Assembly (NCBI GenBank): GCA_000004695.1
Contig: CM000151.3
Coordinates: forward strand, 6,912,001-6,976,000
Length of the DNA stretch: 64,000 nt
Origin: Dictyostelium discoideum
Taxonomy: Eukaryota
Direction of reading: 5' to 3'
Of the stretch, positions 11,951 to 22,286 are shown one piece after another. Numbering within the stretch: position 1 is the stretch's first letter; every line of letters starts with the position of its first letter. The notes beneath the pieces were generated by a model. That model saw only the letters and a program-made list of their open reading frames with translations. It was not told the DNA's origin and did not search any database. Made by a program: the position numbers and the translations under genes.

Positions 11951-12751
11951 ACCTTAAAAAAAATAAAAAAAAAAAAAAAAAAAAGATTTTTTAATTTAAA
12001 ATAAAATTAAACATATATAAACAATTGGGTATTTTTTTTTTTTTTTTAAAATTAAAGATATAATACTTTTTTCAACAATAACTTAATTTTGTTTGTTTTT
12101 TTTTTTAAAAAAAAAAAATTGATTATTTACTTTTTTATTTTTTTTTTTTTTGTTTTTTATTAAAAAAATAATATAACAAAATTAAATAAAGTAATTATAA
12201 CTAATAAATATTGTAAATAATTAGGTTTATTATTTATATCATTCTTTAACCAGGTGTGTATTTTTAGAAACCTGTAAATTTCCTGGTTCCCACACCATGA
12301 TAGATTTAAACTAAATTTGGGAAATAGAAAAATTGAAATTTAACGCAAATAAACAGATCAACTTTTTTATTTATTTTATTTTTTTTTTTTCAACCAACTT
12401 ACAATTTTTATAATTTTTTTTTTTTTTTTTTATTCACCCAATCATGATTACTTAAAACCTCGAAAAAAAAAACGGTATATTCCCAAATTTATTTTTTTAT
12501 TTTTTTTTTATTGTTTTTAAATTGTCTGTTTGGAAATGAAAAATCAATTTTTTTTAAAATAAAAAATAATTTAAACAATCAATTTTCAAATAATATTTTT
12601 TTTATTTTTTTTATTTTTTTTTTTTTTTTTTTTTTTTTTTGATATTTCTTGTACAAATGATATTTAATATATTTTTCTTTATCTTTCTTAATTATTTTAT
12701 TTTTTCCTAATCCAAGTGTCTGAAATATATTAAAAAAAATGAATCATGGGT

Positions 12752-12783
<32 letters not shown>

Positions 12784-13104
12784 TTGCCCCAATTTGATTC
12801 AGTTCTCCTTCATCTATTAAGTTTTGGTATTCAAAAACAAAGTTTTAAAGTATTAAAAGGAAATTTGAAAGTTTTTTTATTTCTTTCAAAATAAAATTAA
12901 TTTTTTAAAATTAAAATGGTTTTTTTTTTATAAAAAATTTTGTTTTGAACCGAAATCCAATTTTATTTTTTTATTTTTTTATTTTTTTATTATTTTTTGA
13001 TATTATTTTATTTTCGTGACTTTTGGATAAAAATTTTTTTTTTTTTTTTTTTTTTTCTTTCATTTTTAATTTTTTTTTTATTTTTAATCTTATAGGAAAA
13101 AACA

Positions 13105-13342
13105 ATGATGATATTTGATTCTTTTTTAGGAGGAAAAAACAAACAAAGTAAGATTTATTTTTATTATTTTTTTTTAAATTTTTATTTTTTTTTATTTTTA
13201 TTTTTATATATATATATATTAATTTAAATTTGTTTTTAAATTAGCTCTAAGTGGTCCAGTTAAAACAACGTTTTTGGCACCAACCACAACAAGCTCACCA
13301 ACAGTGGGAATTGTAAATGGTACAGTTGGATTTAGACCTTAA
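13105..13342 (+). CDS. Small two-exon peptide gene Y4, 46 aa: MMIFDSFLGGKNKQ|T|LSGPVKTTFLAPTTTSSPTVGIVNGTVGFRP*.
   Basis: Exon 1 is 13105-13147 with donor GTAAGATTT. The intron is 13148-13244 with acceptor aaattag. Exon 2 is 13245-13342 and ends AGA CCT TAA. The exon 2 core (FLAP..T..SPTVG) is conserved with Y3. Confidence 0.45.
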
Positions 13343-14041
13343 AATAAAAAAAAAATAAAAAAAAAAAAAAAAAAACAAAAAAAAAATTTATTATTTAATT
13401 TAAAATAAATAAAAATTATAAAGCTTTTACTTTTTTGTTGAAAAAAAAAAAGAACAGTATCTTTAAAATTTTCTTCAACCAGATGTGTATTTTTAGAAAC
13501 CTTTAAATTTCCTGGTTCCCACACCATGGTAGATCTGTACAAAATTTGGAAAATGGAAAAATTAAAATTAAACACAAATAAAAAATGAATAAACAGCCAA
13601 TCTTTTTTATTGACTTAATTTTTATTTTTTTAAATTTTTTTTTTTTATTTTTGCTACCAACTGATAATTGTTTTAATTTAGTTTTTTTTAAATTTTTTTT
13701 TTTTTTTTTTTCATTCACCTCACCATGATTATTTAAAACCTCGAAAAAAAAAAAAAATGACTCTTCGGTATATTCTCAAATTTATTTTTTTATTGTTTTT
13801 AAATTGTCTGTTTAGAAACGAAAAATTAATTTTTAAAAACAATAAAAAAAAAAATCCAAGCAATCAGTTTTCGATTATAATTATTATTATTTTTTTATTT
13901 TTTTTTTGAAATTTTTTGAAAATGACGTTTAAAATGTTTTTTATTTAAAGAATTGTTTTTTTTTTTTTTCTTTTTATTTTTATTTTTCTTTATTTTTTAA
14001 ATCATTTTTTTCTAGGCAAGTGTTTGAAATATTTTCAAAAA

Positions 14042-14243
14042 ATGCAATTACATAGTGGAAGAAATAAAACTTTGGGTAAGAATTTTTTTTTTTTTTTTTT
14101 TTTTTTTTTATTATTTCTTTTAAAATTAACATTCTAATAACCTATTAGCATCAGATTTCACTGCTAGTGGGATGTATCTTATTTCAAGACCAAAAGGTAC
14201 AGTAGGACCTCCAATTTTTAGCAACTATTCTTTTAGTTATTAA
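14042..14243 (+). CDS. Small two-exon peptide gene Z, 42 aa: MQLHSGRNKTL|A|SDFTASGMYLISRPKGTVGPPIFSNYSFSY*.
   Basis: Exon 1 is 14042-14075 with donor GTAAGAATT. The intron is 14076-14148 with acceptor cctattag. Exon 2 is 14149-14243 and ends TAT TAA. Confidence 0.4.
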
Positions 14244-15823
14244 AAACTATTCCAATCAATCAAAAAATCCTTTTTTTAAAAATTGTTAAAAGACTTAAAA
14301 AATTAAAATATTTTAATATTTTTATTAAATTAATTAGTATTCTATTTTTAACAATAGTGTATTTTTTTTTGTTCTTTTTATTTTTTTTTTTTTTTTTTTT
14401 TTTTATTTTTTTTTTTTTTTTGAACACCAGGTCGAGTTTGATTTTTAGTGGAGTTACTTTTTTTTTTAACATATCAGATTAAGATATTATCATTTTTCCA
14501 GAATTTTTAGTAGTGTTATTTTTTTCAGCATTTTTTGGCCATTGGAGAAGAGCACATTAATTCGGACAATGCTCAAATTAATTTGTATTTGTTTTATTTT
14601 CCAACCATCCTCTAATTTGAGTAGGGCAGATTTATTTTCAATCTAGAGTTTGAATGGGTTTAAACTGGATGACCATTAAACATATAGTTAAATTCCATTT
14701 ATAACTGGAAATTTTAGTTGATTTTTATGGGTTTCTTAAAAAAAAAAAAAAAAATTTTAAAAAACAAAATAAACAAATAAAAAATAAATTCAAATCCAAC
14801 TTAATTATTTTTAACTAAATTAATAAAAATGAATTTAAATAAATTGGGTCTCATAATTTTATGATTTACTATTATTTATATTATTATATCTATTCATATC
14901 TTTTTTTTAAATAAAATTATCTATTTAATTTTTATCTAATTAAATTTTCAGGTGTTATTGTTCGGGTTCAAAAATCAAAAAGTAAATATAATAAAATAAT
15001 TGGAAAAAAAAAAAAAAAAATTATAAATCAGGTTTTCTTGGAGATACTCATTTTCATTAGTTGGATGGGGTTATTATTATTTTTTTATTTCTCAGCTTTA
15101 TTTGTTCAATTTTTAATATATTGTTGCAATCAATCCATATAACCATTTATTTCAACTGCATCACAGGCAATACATAGTTGAAAAATATAATATGATGTGT
15201 TTAAATATTTTTTTTTTTTTTTCACATTAATATTTTCTTTTAAAAATAATTAAATAAAAAACTATTTTTTATACCTTAGTAGAAGTTCAAATAATTTTTT
15301 TTTTTAATGTCCATGGTTTGGGTGATATAAATTTTGGAAATAATGTATGATTTTAGGTAAGGATGAAAAGGCAAATAATCAAGTAATTTATTATTTTTTT
15401 TAAAAAATTTAATTTATTTTTTTCCAAAAATTGGCTAGCAACGATATTAAAAAAAAAAATAAAAAAAAAATAAAAAAAAAAAAAAAAATAAAAAAAAAAG
15501 ATCAGTTTCAATTGTTTAAAATATCTTAACAAAAAAAGGTGGGAAAAATTTTAAAGTGGAAAAAAAATTTTATAATAAAAAAAAACCCTTTTCTAAAATA
15601 TCTTTTTTTTTTTTTTCATAATTAAGTTTTTTAAGTGGTATTGCAATTAAAGATTGAATAATAATGCTTTTTGTTATTAATTTTTTTTTCGAGTTCAATG
15701 ATTTTTTTGCAAACATCAATCAATGGAATTCGGTTTTCTTTATTATTATTATTATTTTTTTTTTTTTTATTAATCTTTTTTTTTTTTAATTTTTTTTTTT
15801 TCTAAGTTTTTTTTTTTTTTTAT

Positions 15824-15854
<31 letters not shown>

Positions 15855-15900
15855 ATTATTAGTTAATTATTCCTTAATAAATAAAACAAGTCTTAAAAAA

Positions 15901-16681
15901 ATGAATAAAATTTTATCATTATTTTTAATAACCATATTATTAATTTCAAAAGTTATGTCATCAAGCGAAGAATGTAAACTTTGTACTGATTTTATGTATG
16001 ACTCATTAAATGAACTTATTGAAATTGCCATTAGTATGTTTATAAATATATAAATTAATTATTTAATTCCCTATTTATTTTTTTTATTTACTAATTTAAA
16101 TTTTTTTTTTTTAATAATAAATAAAATAATAATATTAAATTTTAGATGGTGGAGTTATTGGTAGTTGTGGTGCTCTTTGTAATAAATTAGGTATTGCTCC
16201 TTTATGTATGGTATGTGCTATTGCCTGTGATGCAGTTGGAATTAATGGTTTTATGGATTTATTACAAGATGTTTTCCCAGATCCAATTTACATTTGTGAA
16301 AGTGTTAAAATGTGTCAATACAATGATAAAGCAAATGCAACTATTACTGAAGTTGTAATTAATCCAATGAGTGGAAATGTAGGTGACACTTTCAAAATTG
16401 GTGTATCATTTAATGTAACCAACACTATTGCAACTGGAGAAATTTTATGGAATGTTGTTGACCCAAGAGGTTTCCAATTTGGTGAAACTGAAGTTATAAT
16501 TGATGCTGCTCCTTCAATTTACGGTGCCGCTTTCAGTTTCCAAGCAACTCCTTCTGAACAAGAAGAATTCCCACCAGGTGAATACCAATTACAAATGCAA
16601 ATTTGTGAAGGTACCTGCGGTTCACCACATCCACATTCTTATATTTTATCAAATCAATATTTAAATTTCACCATTATATAA
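15901..16681 (+). CDS. Secreted Cys-rich saposin-like protein, possibly countin-like, about 222 aa in 2 exons.
   Basis: Exon 1 is 15901-16033: MNKILSLFLITILLISKVMSSSEECKLCTDFMYDSLNELIEIAI. It has a signal peptide and CxxC, and ends at donor GTATGT. The intron is 16034-16145. Exon 2 is 16146-16681: N GGVIGSCGALCNKLGIAPLCMVCAIACDAVGINGFMDLLQDVFPDPIYICESVKMCQYND.... The six-Cys spacing is saposin-B-like. The countin assignment is from memory of the family only. Confidence 0.65.
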
Positions 16682-17024
16682 ATTAATTAAAAAAATAAAT
16701 AAATAACATTTAGAATATAAAAAAAAAAAAAAAAACTATCTTATAGCCAAACATTCCAAAATTTATTAATTTTTTATTTGACAATTTCCCTCTTTTTTTT
16801 TTTTTTTTTTTTTTTTTCAAGAAACTGTCGCAATGATTTGATTTTTGACAAGCATAAAATAAATATTCAAAAAAATCTGTGATATATTATTTCAATTTTA
16901 AAATTAGAGATCATTCATTCAAAAGAAATAAAATAAATAAATAATATTTAAGATATAAATAAATACAAATAATTATATAATAGCCAATCATTTCATTTAT
17001 TAATTTTTTTATATGACATAATTA

Positions 17025-17078
<54 letters not shown>

Positions 17079-17569
17079 ATATTAATTGGTGTTTAATCTC
17101 TAAGTTAAAAAAAAAAATAATAAGTGGTTTTTGTTTTTATAATTCTTTTTTCATTTTCTTTCTATTTCCTATTTTTTTTTTTAATACAAGATACTTTTTC
17201 ATTAAAATATTACAATAAATATTAATAAAAAATAAATTTTTTCTTTTTTTTTCTTCTTTTTATATTCAAAAAAATTCTAGATTATTTCAATTTTAAAATT
17301 GGAAATCATTAAATTATTTAATAAATTAAAAGATTAATTCTTTATTTCAATAACTAATTAATTGATTAAATGATTCTTTAAATTAATTTTTATTTTTCTA
17401 TTTTTTTTTATAAATGATTCTTTTAATTTAAATTTTAATAAATAAATTTGAATTGTTTTAATTACATTTCATACAAACATAGTGTTCTTTAATAAAATTT
17501 TTTTTTTAAAAAAAAAAAAAGGTTAGAAATTAATTTACTTTTTTTTTATATAAATTATTTTTTTTTTTT

Positions 17570-18186
17570 TTAAAAAATAATAAAAAACTTACTTGAAGCA
17601 ATATTATCTAAAACTTGAAATTGACCTTCAATTTCATTTTTACATTTAAAACATTTTAAACAATTTTTATGATATTTCTCTTCTGGTGAAACTACGACCA
17701 TTGGAGTTGAATTTAAAATTGATTTTTTACATTGGAAGCATTTACCTATTTCTTTAGTATTATTTGCATTTTGTTGTGCTTTTAATTCTTCATTACATTT
17801 TGAACAGTATGGTAAATCATTTCTAATGAAATAGGCACCGTCTATCTTTGCATTACATTGTTCACATGAGAAACAATCAACATGGTAAACTTTACCTGCA
17901 TTATCTGTTAATTTACTTCCAAGAATTGATTTCTTACATTTATTACAATCGACTGAATTCTTTTTATCATTACAATCTTTACATAATCTTTTCTTATCAC
18001 TTGAAACGTAAAAACTACTCATTTCACAATTACATTGTTCACATTTAAAACATTCCTTATGAAATTTCTCTTCCTCTGTTATAACTATCATTTCTCCTTT
18101 TATAACTTCTGAACATTTTAAACATTTATTTGAATTATTTTGAATTATATTTTCTGTTGCTAAAAATAGAAATAAAATAATTTTTT

Positions 18187-18217
<31 letters not shown>

Positions 18218-18263
18218 AAAGTTTTGTTTGTATTATTAAAATTTTTTATTAATACATACACAT
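17570..18263 (-). CDS. LIM-domain protein, about 200 aa with three LIM zinc fingers. A 4-nt first exon is proposed.
   Basis: The main exon is 17570-18166 and is open upstream of the listed Met: ..TENIIQNNSNKCLKCSEVIKGEMIVITEEEKFHKECFKCEQCNC..., with repeated CxxC..HxxCxxC. The proposed exon 1 is ATGT at 18260-18263 with donor GTATGT. The intron is 18167-18259 with acceptor TTTTTAG. The join gives M-S-TENII. Exon 1 is speculative (0.3). The LIM exon itself is secure. Confidence 0.65.
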
Positions 18264-18824
18264 TTTTATTTATTTATTTATTTTTTTTAATTTTAATTAA
18301 TAGTTATATCTGAATAAAAAAAATAAAAAAATAAAAAAATAATTTGATTTGGAAAAAAAAAAAAATAAAAAAAAAAATAAAAAAATAAAAAAATAAAATT
18401 TTATGGGTTGCCCAATTTTTCAAATAAAAATAACCTTTCTTGTGGTTTGGAGTGTGTTATCATAAATTTATGATCAAGAATATATTTTTATTGACATTTT
18501 TATTTTTATTTTTTTTTTTTTTTATGTTATTATCTAAAATAATGACATTAAATAGATTTTAAATTCTTAATATTACCAGAATAGTAGTTTAATATTTTCA
18601 TTTTCCAAAAGATAAAAATAAATTTGAGATACATTCAACACTGTGTTCAACCATAACATGTTTTTAAATCAAAAAGGTGAATTAAATCTTGTATTTTTGC
18701 CATTTAATATTAATTAGGTTTTGTCAAATTTTAATTTTTTTTATTTTTTTATTTTTTTTTTTTTTTCATTTATTTTTTTTTTTTGCAAATCTCCAAATTA
18801 AAAACAAAGCTTTTTTTTTCATTT

Positions 18825-18863
<39 letters not shown>

Positions 18864-18949
18864 CCCCCGATACTAAGCTGTAGCAGTGAAATTTTTTTTT
18901 TTTATTTTTTTTTATTTTTTTTCTTTGAAGTTTTAAATAATATCAAATA

Positions 18950-19380
18950 ATGGCAATTTTGTTTAGTTTTTCACCATGGGCAGATATTGGAAATGATCAA
19001 CCAGCATATAAACTTGCAAGATTAATGGTAATTTATATTAGAAAATAAAAAATAAAAAAAAAAATAAAAAAAAAAAAAAAAAAAAAAAAAACCAAAGCCC
19101 TAACCAATTTTTTTTTTTTTTTTTTTTTTTTTATTATTTTTTATTTTCTAAAAAAATTACAGGATAAATGTTTATGGTTTGAAAATGAAAATGGTGGGTT
19201 AGGTATACCAATTAGTTGGGCAATGAGTGGTCAAACAATGGAAGCAATATGTAGAGTTGACCCATCAATTGCAGGTTCAATTAGAGTTAGAACTTTAAAT
19301 AAAGGTGTATTCACTTCATGGGATCAATCTGAAATCATTGGTTCAACTTTTCATGCATCTAGTTTAGTTCAAGTATAGTA

Positions 19381-19435
<55 letters not shown>

Positions 19436-20392
19436 CTTTAAAGATATGTAATATAATATTAATCAATTTTTTATTATTATTATTATTATTATTACTAGCC
19501 ATGTTTAGATGATCATTATCAAGAAGCATATATAAATGGATTTGTTAAAGAAGATATTAAACATACGAATGAAGTGATGTGGAAATTATTTGAAAGATCA
19601 CCAAAAGGATTTTGTCCAAGTGAAAAAGTATTTAGTATTCAATGTAGTAGATCTGTAGTAGAGGAAGGATACGAATATTGTATTATAGGTGGCGAATCAT
19701 TTGGTAGTGATTTTCATGCACAGAATAATAAAGGTGGTGTATTTCAACTAGAGAATGGTTTAAAGGTATTACCAACAGTGAATGAAATCTTACCAAATGA
19801 TTTTCACAAATATCATAAAGCAGAGTTATTAATCGATGAAATTATAAACTACTGTCGTAGAAATCATATTGGTAGAGTGGTTTTATCAGCAGATGTTGAT
19901 TTTTGGTTAGAAGGTGATGATTGGGAGACTGCAGTAGAGAATGGTTTCAATCGAATCAAATGGATGTATTTAAAATGTAAAGAAAGGGAAAACGAAATTA
20001 GAATGGTAAATACTCATGCACTAATAGAATCATCTTGGCAACAAGGTTATTCAGGTTTAAATAGTTTAATTAGATTCTATGAATCAATTGGTATACCTGA
20101 TCCATATCGTTTCATCTCAAGTTGGACTAATCCAAAGGGTAATTTAGATTTCGTAGATTGGTCACGTTCTGATAAAGCTGCTCAATTCATCAAAGCTCAC
20201 ACCGATAAATACTTACGAGGTATCAATCATCAACAATGGGTTGATGGTGATAAACTTCAATCTTCAAAACAAATGTGGTTAAATATCTCTGGTACTGTAT
20301 TTTATGATGATAGACCTGAATGGAGAGATTTCATGACAGATTGTTTTAACGAAAATTTAGAAAAGGCTTGGAATTTATTAAATGATTCTTAA
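18950..20392 (+). CDS. Hypothetical protein, about 394 aa in 3 exons. Family not recognised.
   Basis: Exon 1 is 18950-19027 (MAILFSFSPWADIGNDQPAYKLARLM) with donor GTAATT. The intron is 19028-19162. Exon 2 is 19163-19372 (DKCLWFENENGGLGIPISWAMSGQTMEAICRVD...HASSLVQ) with donor GTATAG. The intron 19373-19498 contains (AAAT)14. Exon 3 is 19499-20392 (PCLDDHYQEAYINGF...WNLLNDS*). All junctions are phase 0. Confidence 0.55.
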
Positions 20393-20539
20393 TAATAAAA
20401 TAAATAATAAAATTAATAATAATAATAATAATAATAATATAAAAATAAAATAAAATAAAATAATATATATAAATATAAAGATAATTTTTTTTTTATTTAT
20501 TTTTTATTTATTTATTTTTTTTTATTTTTTTTTATTTTT

Positions 20540-22286
20540 TTAATTAATTGTATTTTCTAAATCTTGAATTTGTTTTTGATCTTTTTCATTATTTAAACTT
20601 TTAGTTGTTGGTGGATTTTTATATGCTCTCCAAATTAAAATGGTTGAAATTAATGTAATTAATACAACAACACCATTTATTAGGAAAATTGCAGGTGGGA
20701 AAAATATTGGAGCATTTGGTGATGAGAAATACATTAAAATATCATTTGCAGCAATACTACCTACAAAATTTGCTAATCCAGCAATTGCATTGGCTCCAGT
20801 TAAAACTGAACCTTGAAGATTAGCAGGAGTACAACCACTAATAACTGCTTGAATAATGTTCATATTGTTTGGAACGAATCCAACAAATATTGAACCAACT
20901 AAGAAAATTACAAAATTATATTTAACTTTAATACCAGCAAATACAAACATAACATGAGCTAATAAACTACAACAATATCCAATTGTAATAACTCTTCTTT
21001 GTGCTAAATTATTTTTAAAATAATAATAAAAAAAAAGATTAGAATTATTATTATATAAAAAAGAAAAAGAAAAAAAAATAAAAATTAAAAAATACATACA
21101 TAAATATTTTAATAATAATGGAATTACAAATGCACCCCAGATAACAATGGTTGTACCTAATGCAGCAAGATAATAACCATTTTGAGTTGGTCCCCAATCA
21201 TAGAGTAATGATCTATATTTTTAAAAAATAATAATAATTTTTCATTAATAAATTATTAAAATTTTTTAATATTTTTATATTGATTTTTTGAAAAAAAAAA
21301 AAAAAACTTACGCAAATAAATAATAATCATTAATAAGATCTTGACCAGTGTAATTAATTGAAGCAAATACTAAAACTACCCAGAAAATATAACCAGATGA
21401 TTTTAATAAATTATAAATTAATTTGAATGGATTGAATGTTGAAATTGTTTCTTGAATTCTATTATTTTCTTTTGCAATTTCAAGACTCTCTGGTAAGAAT
21501 GGTATACCAATAAAACATAAACTCATTAAACCACCAGTAACATATAATGGTATAAATTGACTACCTAATGAACTAATAAATACAAAAATTAATGGACCTA
21601 TTACAACACCAATTCCTAAAGAGGCACCAGCAAATGAATATAAAATTGGAACATGATCTTCATCGAAAATATCTGCAATATATGAAAATACTGCTGGTTG
21701 CATTACAACATTAATTCCACCTAATGTATGGAATACATAATAATATGCTAAATTATGAGTATACATTGAAATAAAGCAAGATGCCATATCCATAATTGAA
21801 CTAAATACAGCAAGATATAAAATTTTTTTTCTTCCATATCTTTTTTTTTTTTTTTTTTTTTTTATAAAAATATTATAATTAGTATAAAATAAATTAAAAT
21901 TCTTTTTTTTTAAAAATTAAAAATATTTACCTATCAGATAAAACACCAACTAATGGACCGAATATAAACATTGTTAAATTTGGTAAAGCATCTGAATAAG
22001 ATTTATAGTATGCTGCTTTTGATTGTTGATCATCAAAATTAAATGATGGAAATTTATATGCAACATAATCAACCAACATGTTCGGTATAATTACACCATA
22101 TAAAAAGGTTGACATTACCCAAATAAAAAATATAATATATAATAAAATTGTTTGTTTTAAGTATTTATGTTTAAATAATGGAATTTTATCATTATCCTTT
22201 TCCACCCCTTTTTTTATTAAAGGGGTTTCTGGACCGATTGTCCTAATTTTATCATCTTCAAATTTTAAATTACTATTTGGTGGCAT
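20540..22286 (-). CDS. Major-facilitator-superfamily transporter, 4 exons.
   Basis: Exons are 21931-22286, 21312-21839, 21100-21212 and 20540-21003. Donors are GTAAAT, GTAAGT and GTATGT. Acceptors are AAAAAG, TATAG and TTTAG. The exon 1/2 junction recreates MFS motif A: GPLVGVLSD-R-YGRKKILYLAVF. Multiple hydrophobic TM segments run throughout. Confidence 0.8.

Larger units (their letters stand above)
9330..14250 (+). repeat. Tandem array of four diverged 1.0-1.35 kb units carrying a family of tiny two-exon peptide ORFs plus decayed copies.
   Basis: The same landmarks recur in the same order. ttcattaatctttgta..ATG at 9372 and 10467. tttttagctggcgct at 9541 and 10621. ttcctttttcctaaagccaatggtt at 9800 and 10862. 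W exon 1 at 9994 and 11091. tatag-gaaaaaa..ggaggaaaaaacaaacaa..gtaagattt at 10110, 11711 and 13090. ccaggtgtgtatttttagaaacct..cctggttcccacaccatg at 12250 and 13480. tgttttgaa..cgaaatccaattttatt at 11530 and 12940. Units III (about 11340-12690) and IV (about 12690-14040) are the most similar pair. Confidence 0.8.

Noticed and set aside
12250-12310. Apparent inverted repeat ccaggtgtg ... cctggttcccacacc suggesting a hairpin or tRNA-like element
   Set aside because: The arms are in the wrong order for a simple stem-loop (X-Y ... X'-Y' rather than X-Y ... Y'-X'). Its second occurrence at 13480 is explained by the unit duplication rather than independent conservation. Kept only as a DUSE-like motif note.
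14500-14720. Moderately GC-containing 200-bp stretch (ttttggccattggagaagagcacattaattcggacaatgctcaaatt...gaatgggtttaaactggatgaccatt) just after the array
   Set aside because: It has only a 26-codon ORF, no recognisable RNA motifs and no repeat partner in the window. It could be a UTR or promoter of the Z gene. Insufficient evidence to call a feature.
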